Source: an uncultured Chloroflexia bacterium (GTDB lineage Bacteria; Chloroflexota; Anaerolineae; B4-G1; SLSP01). From it: a DNA stretch of 64,000 bases. Location: assembly GCA_963751345.1 (NCBI GenBank), contig CAVVUS010000024.1, positions 64,001 through 128,000 of the forward strand. Direction: 5' to 3'. A program made the translations under genes and the position numbers. The notes under the pieces were generated by a model. The model worked only from the letters and a program-made list of their open reading frames with translations, had not been told where the DNA came from and searched no databases. Each line of letters begins with the position of its first letter. The stretch's first letter is position 1. This document shows, piece by piece, positions 20,675-29,423 of the stretch.

Positions 20675-21916
20675 ATGGCTGGTAAGCAGAAGAAACCGAC
20701 TGTAGGCTCGGGCGGAAGCAAGTCATCTGGCAAGTCGCGTCCGACGTCATCTCCATCAAACCGCGTCATTTCGTCTCGCATATCCTCCACACCGTCCAAC
20801 GCGAAACCGAGAATGTCGACCTATAAAGCACCCCAAGCTCCGACCTATTCTTCTGTGAGCCAGACAGATGAAATGGCTGCGCGTCTGGCTTCCGTCCGTA
20901 GCGACTATGAGCGCGTGGCCGGAGCAGTCGCGCTGGCCACGCTCGTTGACGCGTTGGAGAATGTGACCAGTAACATCGACAGCGTAAGTCGCAGCCTTGC
21001 CGACGTCCGGGCACGGGGATATCGCTTTGGCCGCGATTGGGAATCTCAACTGCAGACACTTCGCGAACGGTGGCCTCAACAACGCATAGAGACCACGCGA
21101 CTTCTCGAAGGGCAGCGTCGGGTGCTGAACACTGCAGCCCGCGATATCGAAACGTTGCTGCAGCGGGCCAGCCGGGACAGCAACCTGGTCGGCACCGCCG
21201 AGAGCCGCGTTATGGACCTGCAATCCAACATCAGCAGCGCCGAGAGGAGGATTCGCGGCACTTTCGACGGGATCCAGGAACAGGCATCTGCGCTCCAGCA
21301 GGAAGTCGACCGGGCCGGGCTTCTGCTCAATGCCCTCGACAGCGCCTGCTTCGACCTGCTTCCCGACGAACACGGGGTGGCCGTGTGCGAAGCTGCCTGG
21401 ACCAGCGACCAACAGCAACCGGAAGGTATGCTCTTCCTCACGGACTCCCGCCTGATCTTCGAGCAACGCCAGGAAGTGGCCAAGAAGAAGGTCCTCTTCA
21501 TCACGACCGAGAAAGAGCTCATTCAGGAGAAGCTCTGGGAGGCGCCGATCGGTGCCGTTGACGACCTGGAGGCGGAGGACAAGAAGTCGTTCCTGCGCCG
21601 GCAGGAGATGCTCACGCTGCGGTTCAGCGAGCGCACCCGGGAGTTACCGGGTGACATCACGCTCCAGCTTAAGGACGCCGACAACGAGACGTGGCGCAGC
21701 CTGATCCGCAGCGCGAAGAGCGGCCAGATCGACGGCGAGCGCTTCGGCGCGCCGGCGCCCGAGGAGAAACTCGCCGCTGCGGTCGAGCAAGAGGCAGCCG
21801 AGCCGGAGAAAGAACTGCCGACGGTATGCCCGAACTGTGCAGCCCCCCTGCCCGCCATCTTCAAGGGCATGAAGCAGGTGACCTGCGACTACTGCGGCAC
21901 GACCACCAATCTCTAG
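20675..21916 (+). CDS. Hypothetical protein: Ser/Lys-rich tail, coiled coil, PH-like beta domain, C-terminal zinc ribbon
   Basis: SD GGAGG; heptad-rich middle; GMLFLTDSRLIFE; CPNC...CDYC. Confidence 0.75.
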   Translation: MAGKQKKPTVGSGGSKSSGKSRPTSSPSNRVISSRISSTPSNAKPRMSTYKAPQAPTYSSVSQTDEMAARLASVRSDYERVAGAVALATLVDALENVTSNIDSVSRSLADVRARGYRFGRDWESQLQTLRERWPQQRIETTRLLEGQRRVLNTAARDIETLLQRASRDSNLVGTAESRVMDLQSNISSAERRIRGTFDGIQEQASALQQEVDRAGLLLNALDSACFDLLPDEHGVAVCEAAWTSDQQQPEGMLFLTDSRLIFEQRQEVAKKKVLFITTEKELIQEKLWEAPIGAVDDLEAEDKKSFLRRQEMLTLRFSERTRELPGDITLQLKDADNETWRSLIRSAKSGQIDGERFGAPAPEEKLAAAVEQEAAEPEKELPTVCPNCAAPLPAIFKGMKQVTCDYCGTTTNL

Positions 21917-21966
21917 GTAGGCCCACCGAACCGGGGCGTAGCAGAGTCCCGGACAGTCATCACATT

Positions 21967-23436
21967 ATGGATCTCTTGCGCGAAGTCAGCGCCTATATCG
22001 AACGCCACCAGCTCATCGAGCCGGGATCGTGCATCGTGGTAGGTGTCTCCGGTGGCCCCGATTCGGTCACGCTGCTGCACTTGCTGAGACGTCTGGCGGA
22101 ATCCTGGGACCTGCATCTGCACGTGGCCCATCTTAACCATAGCATTCGCGGCGCAGCCGCGGATGAGGATATGCGCTTTGTCGGGCAGTTAGCCGAATCG
22201 GCGGGTCTCCCATGCACGACGGAACTGATCGACGTGCCCAACCTGGCCGACCGGGAAGGCCTGGCACTGGAGGAGGCCGCTCGCAGGGCAAGATACGCAT
22301 TTCTGGCCCGCGTCGCACAGGCGGCCGGGGCTCATACGATCGCTGTAGGGCATAATGCGGATGACCAGGCCGAGACGGTGCTGATGCATTTGTTGCGCGG
22401 CGCCGGGCCCGCGGGGCTTCGCGGGATGCTGCCCGCCACGCGGATGCGGGACTATCGCATGCTCTCCCTGGGCGACAAGCCCCTCGCCGACCTGGTGCTG
22501 ATCCGACCGCTCCTCAACACACCACGCGCCAATATCGAAGCCTATTGCAGCGAAGAAAACCTGCAGAGTCGATTCGATCGCTCCAACCTGGACACGACCT
22601 ACTTCCGCAACCGGCTGAGACACGAGGTGTTGCCGGATCTGGCGAAGATCAGCCCAAGGATCTCCGAGCGACTGCGCAACTTGGCTGAGGTCGTACGTGC
22701 TGACTATCGGTTGCTCCAGGAATTCGTCAGTGTCGCACACGATACGCTGCTGGTGGCCGACCATCCAGATGCACTCGTCTTCGATCTCGCGCGTTGGCGG
22801 GAACAGCCTCTCGCGATTCAGCGCGCTCTGGTCCGGAGATCAGCCTATAGACTCCGCCGCACCTTGCGGGATGTGGATTTCGAGCACGTCGAGCAGGCCG
22901 TGGATGTGGCTCAACGTGGTGGCACCGGTGCGCAGGCCGTTCTCCCGCACAGTCTGGAGTTGACCGTAGGCTATACCACGCTCACGATCTCCGAGGCGGG
23001 CGCCCTGCACCTACCGTCGGAACGCCCATGGCTTGAGTCCGGAGACCAAATGCGGGTCGCCGTTCCCGGACTCACACCGCTGCCCGGGGGCTGGACGCTT
23101 CGGGCCGAGGAAACATCCACGTGGGACATTGAGGCGGTCACCGAGAACCCCAACCCACTTGCTGCATGGATAGACGCCAGATCCCTCGAACCCGCGCCCC
23201 TGTTGCGCACGCGCGAAGAGGGTGACCGCTTTGTTCCCCAGGGCATGCAAGGATCTGAGGTCCGCCTGAGCGATTTCCTGATCAATACGAAGTTGCCGCG
23301 ACCGTGGAGGGACCATCTGCCCCTGTTGGTCTCGCAAGGCCGCATCCTGTGGGTGGCCGGCCTGCGGCTGAGTGAGAATGCACTCGTGCGGCCCGAAACG
23401 ACGCACGTGGTTCACTTACGTTTCTATGGCTCGTGA
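21967..23436 (+). CDS. tilS: tRNA(Ile)-lysidine synthase
   Basis: VSGGPDS PP-loop, HLNHSIR, EEAARRARY, GHNADDQAET, RPLL, RNRLR, TilS C-domain; start ATG 21967. Confidence 0.95.
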   Translation: MDLLREVSAYIERHQLIEPGSCIVVGVSGGPDSVTLLHLLRRLAESWDLHLHVAHLNHSIRGAAADEDMRFVGQLAESAGLPCTTELIDVPNLADREGLALEEAARRARYAFLARVAQAAGAHTIAVGHNADDQAETVLMHLLRGAGPAGLRGMLPATRMRDYRMLSLGDKPLADLVLIRPLLNTPRANIEAYCSEENLQSRFDRSNLDTTYFRNRLRHEVLPDLAKISPRISERLRNLAEVVRADYRLLQEFVSVAHDTLLVADHPDALVFDLARWREQPLAIQRALVRRSAYRLRRTLRDVDFEHVEQAVDVAQRGGTGAQAVLPHSLELTVGYTTLTISEAGALHLPSERPWLESGDQMRVAVPGLTPLPGGWTLRAEETSTWDIEAVTENPNPLAAWIDARSLEPAPLLRTREEGDRFVPQGMQGSEVRLSDFLINTKLPRPWRDHLPLLVSQGRILWVAGLRLSENALVRPETTHVVHLRFYGS

Positions 23437-23494
23437 TCGGCTTGTATGTATGATAGGAGACTCTCACCATGACAATGCACCCTCCAGGATTGAG

Positions 23495-24157
23495 ATGACA
23501 AAACACCTGGTCCTGGTTGCAGGCAACATCGGCGCCGGAAAGACCTCTCTTGCGGAGCGTCTGGGCACACGATTGGGTTGGCATGTTGCCTATGAGTCCG
23601 TGGACGACAATCCCTATCTCAGTGACTTCTACGCAGATATGCGGGCGTGGAGTTTCCACCTGCAGGTCTTCTTCCTCGGGCACCGGGCCAGGCAGCAGGA
23701 GGTACTTGCCGCGCTGGACAGATCTGCCATTATAGATCGTAGTATTTATGAGGATGCTCACATCTTTGCACGAGCGCTTCACGAGTTGGGCGACATGTCG
23801 GAAAGAGACTATCAAGCGTACCGGGCTCTGTACTCGCTGGTCATCTCAAAGCTTCCACGCCCCGATCTTCTGATCTATATCGAAGCCGGCACACATACCT
23901 TGCGTTCACACATTACCAAACGGAGCCGTGACATGGAGTCGGGCATCACCGACGCCTACCTCGACCTGCTTGGACATTTCTACGATGAATGGATTCACAC
24001 CTTCGACCATTGTCCGGTTCTGACTGTGCCCGGCAACAATCTCGACTTCGTCCGCTATCCCGAACACCTGGAGATCATTGCCGAACGCGTTGTGGACAAG
24101 TTGGCAGGCAAGGAGGTCGTCCGGTTTCCCACCCCGGCAGGGCTAGATGGCAGTTGA
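23495..24157 (+). CDS. Deoxynucleoside kinase (dGK/dCK family)
   Basis: GNIGAGKTS, YESV.DNPYL.DFY, DRSIYED, R.R..E lid. Confidence 0.92.
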   Translation: MTKHLVLVAGNIGAGKTSLAERLGTRLGWHVAYESVDDNPYLSDFYADMRAWSFHLQVFFLGHRARQQEVLAALDRSAIIDRSIYEDAHIFARALHELGDMSERDYQAYRALYSLVISKLPRPDLLIYIEAGTHTLRSHITKRSRDMESGITDAYLDLLGHFYDEWIHTFDHCPVLTVPGNNLDFVRYPEHLEIIAERVVDKLAGKEVVRFPTPAGLDGS

Positions 24158-25505
24158 ACCAGGCGAACCACTAAGCGAACGAGAGCTGGAGATCACGGAA
24201 CTTGTCTCCGAAGGGCTGACAAACCGAGAGATCGCCGAGCGTCTCTACCTCAGCCATAACACCATCAAGGTACATCTCCGCAATGTCTTCACCAAGACGG
24301 GTGTTGCGTCGCGGACCGAGCTTTCCATGCTTGCGGTTCAGGAGGGCTGGATCACCGTCCCCGGGCTCAACGAGGAACCCGGTGACACGCCCACCGGCGC
24401 CGAGGACGCTGACACATCCGCGAAACCCGAGACGGAGGCACTGCCGGCGTGGCCCTGGCAACGGTGGGGCGCGCTGGCAATCGGCATTAGCCTGGCCCTC
24501 GTCGTGCTTCTACTGCCGCAACGGGGCTCGGCACCCGCATCGGCAGCCGGCCCGGGTGATGTGTTCGGATCTGGGGAGACGTCCGCAGGTGTATCCGCCC
24601 CGGCATCGGAGAACGGCTGGGAGGAACTAGCGCCGTTGCCCGTTCGACGCGCCGGTATGGGGACGGTGGCCCTGGATGACCGGATCTACGCCATCGGCGG
24701 TATGACCGATGCCGGGGCCAGCGGTCGCGTCGATATCTACGACGTTGAGTCGGACCAGTGGCATGAGGGACAGCCACGTCCCGCCGAACTGGCGAACATC
24801 GATGCAGCAGCCTTGACGGAGGGCATCCTCGTCCCCGGCGGCTGCGAAGACGATACACAGTGGACCCCTAGCGCCATCGTAAACCTCTATGACCCCACCG
24901 ATGATACCTGGTCGCAGGTGGCGTCGCTCCCCACACCGCTGTGCGCGTATGCACTCACGGTCTACAAAGACCAAGCCTATCTCTTCGGCGGGTGGGACGG
25001 CGATGCGTACCGTGCAGTAGCATTGGCTTATGACCCAGAGGAGAACGCGTGGCACAGCCTCGCCCCGCCTGCACAGGCCCGCGGTTTTGGCGCGGCAGCG
25101 GCGCTGGAGGATCGCATCCTTTACGTAGGGGGCTACTCCGATGGCCAGGAGTGGGGCACCTGCGAGATGTATTTCCCGGATGCTGACACGTGGGAGAGCT
25201 GTCAATCTATGCTACAGCCCCGGGGAGGACTGAGCTTGACCGCCATCGGAGGCCGTGTCTACGCGATTGGCGGAGGGTGGCGCACGCCGCTGGGATTCAA
25301 CGAGCGCTACACGCCGTCGACGGGTGAGTGGAGTGTCGTGGAGACTCCGATCGTGGGCGAGTGGCGGAATCTGGGTGCGGTCGCTTCGGACACCTCAATC
25401 TACGCCATCGGCGGTTGGAGCGACACCGGATTCCTCAATGGCACGTACACACTGGCGATCATGCCGTGGCGTGTCTTTATCCCCGGCACGTTCCGGACGC
25501 CATAG
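24147..25505 (+). CDS. LuxR-type HTH, single TM and Kelch beta-propeller protein
   Basis: LSERELEI...GLTNREIAERLYLSHNTIKVHLRNVF; TM ALAIGISLALVVLLL; about 6 Kelch repeats (IYAIGG...YD...W). Confidence 0.88.
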   Translation: MAVEPGEPLSERELEITELVSEGLTNREIAERLYLSHNTIKVHLRNVFTKTGVASRTELSMLAVQEGWITVPGLNEEPGDTPTGAEDADTSAKPETEALPAWPWQRWGALAIGISLALVVLLLPQRGSAPASAAGPGDVFGSGETSAGVSAPASENGWEELAPLPVRRAGMGTVALDDRIYAIGGMTDAGASGRVDIYDVESDQWHEGQPRPAELANIDAAALTEGILVPGGCEDDTQWTPSAIVNLYDPTDDTWSQVASLPTPLCAYALTVYKDQAYLFGGWDGDAYRAVALAYDPEENAWHSLAPPAQARGFGAAAALEDRILYVGGYSDGQEWGTCEMYFPDADTWESCQSMLQPRGGLSLTAIGGRVYAIGGGWRTPLGFNERYTPSTGEWSVVETPIVGEWRNLGAVASDTSIYAIGGWSDTGFLNGTYTLAIMPWRVFIPGTFRTP

Positions 25506-25520
25506 GACAAGGCCGCCGGA

Positions 25521-26540
25521 CTAGGTAAGCTGCAGCCCCGGATCGATATCGAGATCCCAGCCCCCGCGATCGCCGGCCCGGAAGCGGTAGAACCCGGCGG
25601 CCGCAATCATCGCTGCATTGTCCGTGCAGAGAATCCGCCGCAATGTGTAGACAGGCACCGGGACCTCCGCTCGCGCCGCAGCCTGCAACGCGCTATTCGC
25701 GGAGACGCCTCCGGAGAGCAAGACAGCGTTGACGCCGAACTCCTTGGCCGCCCGTGCCGTCTTCTCCACCAGCACATCCACGACCGATTCCTGAAAAGCC
25801 GCGGCCATATGAGCGTTGAGGGTATGTGGCACGGGCCCCGTGTATTTCTGTAGGATTCTCAGCACTGCGGTCTTTAGGCCACTGAAGCTAAAATCGTAGG
25901 TCCCCGGCAGCCATGCCCTGGGGAGGTCGAAAGCGCTCGCATCACCCTTCTTGGCGGCCTGTTCGATCGCTGGGCCACCGGGGTAGCCCAGCTTGAGCAT
26001 ACGCGCGACTTTGTCAAAAGCCTCACCGGCAGCGTCGTCAAGTGTTCCACCGAGGCGTTCATATCGGCCGTGATCGTGTGCCAGGACAAGCTCCGTGTGG
26101 CCGCCGGACACGATCAACACGATGAGCGGGAATCTCAGCTTACCATTGGCGCTTCCCTCTGCGCCCGTTTGGAGCCAATGGGCATAGAAATGCCCTTCCA
26201 GATGGTTGACAGGCACGAGCGGCAACCCCTTAGCAAGCGCAGCTCCCTTGGCGAAGTTCAGGCCGACGAGCAGCGATCCCGGCAATCCGGGACCGTACGT
26301 TACGGCAATCGCGTCGAGATCATCCCAACCGACATGTGCAGCGGAGAGGGACTCGTCCACGATGGGCACGATCGATTCGACGTGCATACGGGACGCTAAC
26401 TCAGGGAAGACGCCGCCATACTGGGCATGCAGCTCGGCTTGCGATGCCACCACGTTGGAGAGAATCGTGCTTCCACCTTCGACCACGGCGGCTGCCGTCT
26501 CGTCACACGACGTCTCGATCCCCAGAATCCGAATCGCCAT
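25521..26540 (-). CDS. tsaD: tRNA t6A threonylcarbamoyltransferase
   Basis: GIETSCDET, GGVFPELASR.H, NHLEGH, SGGHT, DDAAGEAFDK, CTDNAAMI. Confidence 0.96.
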   Translation of the reverse strand: MAIRILGIETSCDETAAAVVEGGSTILSNVVASQAELHAQYGGVFPELASRMHVESIVPIVDESLSAAHVGWDDLDAIAVTYGPGLPGSLLVGLNFAKGAALAKGLPLVPVNHLEGHFYAHWLQTGAEGSANGKLRFPLIVLIVSGGHTELVLAHDHGRYERLGGTLDDAAGEAFDKVARMLKLGYPGGPAIEQAAKKGDASAFDLPRAWLPGTYDFSFSGLKTAVLRILQKYTGPVPHTLNAHMAAAFQESVVDVLVEKTARAAKEFGVNAVLLSGGVSANSALQAAARAEVPVPVYTLRRILCTDNAAMIAAAGFYRFRAGDRGGWDLDIDPGLQLT

Positions 26541-27806
26541 TCAGGCTTCCTTCCCCCAGGGTGTCCCATCCATCGGCACCACCAGGTCATAAGGCATGCT
26601 GGTGAGATTGTGAATCTCGCCGTCGTCCGCAATCCAGAGAACGTCCTCGAGACGACACCCGATGCCCCTTTCGGGATAGTAGAGACCCGGCTCGAAAGCA
26701 AAAAGGTGCCCGGGAGCCAGCAGCGTCGTGTTATTGGCATCGTCCCGAAACCATGGGGCCTCGTGAATATCCAAGCCCACACCATGGCCGAGCGTGTGCA
26801 CATACCCTTGCTGGACGGTGGGATCATCAGCAAGTGTGGGGTGACCCCTTGCGCTGAAAAAAGCGCACGTCAACTGCTGGTAATGGCGAGTCTCCTCACC
26901 CACGTGAATTTGGGCCATGATCGTCTTCAGACAATCGAGCACGTCCCGATGCAATCGTGCAGCAGGTTCGGGCGCATAGCCCAGGCAGAATGTGCGTGTC
27001 AGATCGTAGAAATAGCCGCCCCCCACCTCGCGGGGAAAGATGTCAAACACAATCGGCTCCCCCAGGCGCATTGGCGCATCTACGGTGCCCCGGCTGTGCG
27101 GGATGCCGGCGTCGGCCCCCGTCGAGAAGATAAAGCCCTCGGGGTCCTCCAGTCCTTCTGCTGCAATGAGGCCCATGATGTGGTTGTGAACGTCGCCAAC
27201 TTTCAGCACACGTCCCGTGGCCGTGTGCAAAATCTCATCGGCATCCACGGTGTGCGACTGCAGGAACGCCACGGTCTGCCACACCACATTGGAGGTTCGA
27301 CGGCCGACATCTCGAATGCGGTCGACCTCGTCAGCATCCTTGGTCGCCCTGGCCTGCCGGATAACGTCCTCCTGGACCTCGCCGACGATCTCGACATCCG
27401 GGACAGCAGCATTGAGTGCTGAGAGAAAAACGTAGGCGTATCCCTGATCCAGGTAGCCGTAGCACCCGACCCTTCCGATTACTCCGAGATCCTCAAAGAT
27501 GCGCCGGTAGTAGGCTACGGAGGCAGCCAACTCATCCCCCTGGCACTCCTTCAGGAGGTCACCGTAATTGTAGCGCGTCGTGAGAACGACCGGATAACCG
27601 GTGCTGGCCGCCGAGGCACGATCCATCGGCCCCACGAGGAGCGTCGGCACCTCCCCTCGCTTCTTGATGAGAACAGCCTGCGTCAGGTGTGCGCCATTGA
27701 GGAGATAGATCAGAGGAGGATTGCCAAGCACTTTGCCCCGCACCAGAATCGCATCCAGGTCGCGGTCAGCCATCAATTGGTCGAGATCACTCTTCATCAA
27801 GCGCAC
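26541..27806 (-). CDS. M24 family Xaa-Pro aminopeptidase
   Basis: IPH, DIFP...DLTRTF, HTLGHGVGLDIHEAP, EPGLY, RLED. Confidence 0.9.
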   Translation of the reverse strand: MRLMKSDLDQLMADRDLDAILVRGKVLGNPPLIYLLNGAHLTQAVLIKKRGEVPTLLVGPMDRASAASTGYPVVLTTRYNYGDLLKECQGDELAASVAYYRRIFEDLGVIGRVGCYGYLDQGYAYVFLSALNAAVPDVEIVGEVQEDVIRQARATKDADEVDRIRDVGRRTSNVVWQTVAFLQSHTVDADEILHTATGRVLKVGDVHNHIMGLIAAEGLEDPEGFIFSTGADAGIPHSRGTVDAPMRLGEPIVFDIFPREVGGGYFYDLTRTFCLGYAPEPAARLHRDVLDCLKTIMAQIHVGEETRHYQQLTCAFFSARGHPTLADDPTVQQGYVHTLGHGVGLDIHEAPWFRDDANNTTLLAPGHLFAFEPGLYYPERGIGCRLEDVLWIADDGEIHNLTSMPYDLVVPMDGTPWGKEA

Positions 27807-27970
27807 CTTTCAAGTCGCGGACGCCGCTTTGCCATCAGAACTCACCGTCATTGTGCCATAAGCAACGAAAAACGCAACGGTCAGCCAAGGCGAGGCTATC
27901 GCATCTGACGACTGCCCACGCAAAACCCTGTCAAGGGTCCGGAACCCTTCGCAAGGTTTGGATTATGAGA

Positions 27971-27999
27971 TTGCGGTTTGGCGCAAATCTAGGTATACT
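27971..27999 (+). promoter_or_regulatory. Putative sigma70 promoter of der
   Basis: TTGCGG-N17-TATACT, 20 nt before ATG 28020. Confidence 0.55.
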
Positions 28000-28019
28000 G
28001 CGTAGTAATGAGAGATACT

Positions 28020-29414
28020 ATGCAGAAGCCGCTGGTCGCTATCGTCGGACGCCCAAACGTGGGCAAGTCAACCCTATTCAACCGCATGGTGGGGGAACGC
28101 AGGGCGGTTGTGAGTGATATCCCGGGGACAACGCGGGATCGTATCATTGCGGAGGCGGAGTGGAACGGCCGTGATTTCCTGGTCGTCGACACGGGGGGAA
28201 TCGAGATCCGTCCAGCGAGCGTAGAGTCGGGTGCACGTCCGCTTGAAACGACGCCCCTGCTGGAGGACTCAGAGGATTTCATCCCCTTGATTCGAGCACA
28301 GGCCGAACTGGCCATCGACGAAGCGGACTTGATCCTCTTCCTCACCGATGCGGCATCCGGCCTCACATCGGCAGATCGCGAGGTTGCAGACCTGCTGCGC
28401 AGATCCAAGAAGACGGTGTTTCTTATTGCCAACAAGGCGGAGAGCACAGCCCGTGAACTGAACGCGTTCGAGTTCTACGAATTGGGTATGGGTGAAGTCT
28501 ACGCAATATCTGCGATTCACGGTAGCGGCATCGGTGATCTCCTCGATCTCATCGTAGACGCCCTCCCGTGGAACGAAGAACCCGAACCGGACGAGAGCGA
28601 TGATGCTGTTCGCGTCGCCATCATCGGACGACCCAACGTCGGGAAATCCTCTCTCCTGAATCGACTGCTCGGCCAGGAGCGGGCGATCGTGAGCCCGGTT
28701 GCCGGGACAACTCGCGATGCCGTGGATACCGCGATGGAGTGGGAAGGGCAGCGCTTCATTCTGGTCGACACGGCGGGTATTCGCCGCCGGGGGAAGATCG
28801 ACAAAGGGGTAGAGAAGTGGAGTGTCCTGCGCACGGCTAGGGCGCTACAGCGAACGGATGTGGCGCTTCTGTTGATCGATGCCACAGAGGGGATCACTGC
28901 GCAGGACGCGCACATCGCCGGTATGACGGTTGACGAGGGCGTGAGCGCCGTAGTCCTCGTCAACAAGTGGGACGCAGTCGACCCGGAACTGCGCCAGCTC
29001 CGGCAGGATATTGAAGACCACATTCGGGAAGAACTGAAGTTCCTCAGCTATATTCCCCTGCTTTTCATCTCCGCACTGACGGGGGCGGGTGTACAGGACG
29101 TTCTGCCCACAACCCAACAGGTCGTCGAGGCAAGATACCAGCAGCTTCCTACCGGGCTGCTCAACGAGGCGATGCAGCAGGCAGTCCTGGAGCACTCCCC
29201 CCCCAGCAAAGGGGGGCGGCGCCTACGTATCTTTTTCGTCAATCAGGTCGACGTCGCACCGCCTCACTTCGATTTCTCCGTCAACGATACCAAACTGGTG
29301 CACTTCTCCTATCAGCGTTACCTCGAAAACCGCATCCGCGAGGTCTATCCATTTCCCGGAACGCCGATCCTTATGACGTTCAAGGGTCGTCACTCAGACG
29401 AAGATAGCGGGTAG
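28020..29414 (+). CDS. der: Ribosome biogenesis GTPase Der/EngA
   Basis: Two G-domains (GRPNVGKS twice, GTTRD twice, DTGG/DTAG, NKxD) plus KH-like tail Y.RYLEN.IR. Confidence 0.97.
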   Translation: MQKPLVAIVGRPNVGKSTLFNRMVGERRAVVSDIPGTTRDRIIAEAEWNGRDFLVVDTGGIEIRPASVESGARPLETTPLLEDSEDFIPLIRAQAELAIDEADLILFLTDAASGLTSADREVADLLRRSKKTVFLIANKAESTARELNAFEFYELGMGEVYAISAIHGSGIGDLLDLIVDALPWNEEPEPDESDDAVRVAIIGRPNVGKSSLLNRLLGQERAIVSPVAGTTRDAVDTAMEWEGQRFILVDTAGIRRRGKIDKGVEKWSVLRTARALQRTDVALLLIDATEGITAQDAHIAGMTVDEGVSAVVLVNKWDAVDPELRQLRQDIEDHIREELKFLSYIPLLFISALTGAGVQDVLPTTQQVVEARYQQLPTGLLNEAMQQAVLEHSPPSKGGRRLRIFFVNQVDVAPPHFDFSVNDTKLVHFSYQRYLENRIREVYPFPGTPILMTFKGRHSDEDSG

Positions 29415-29423
29415 CCATAGTCT

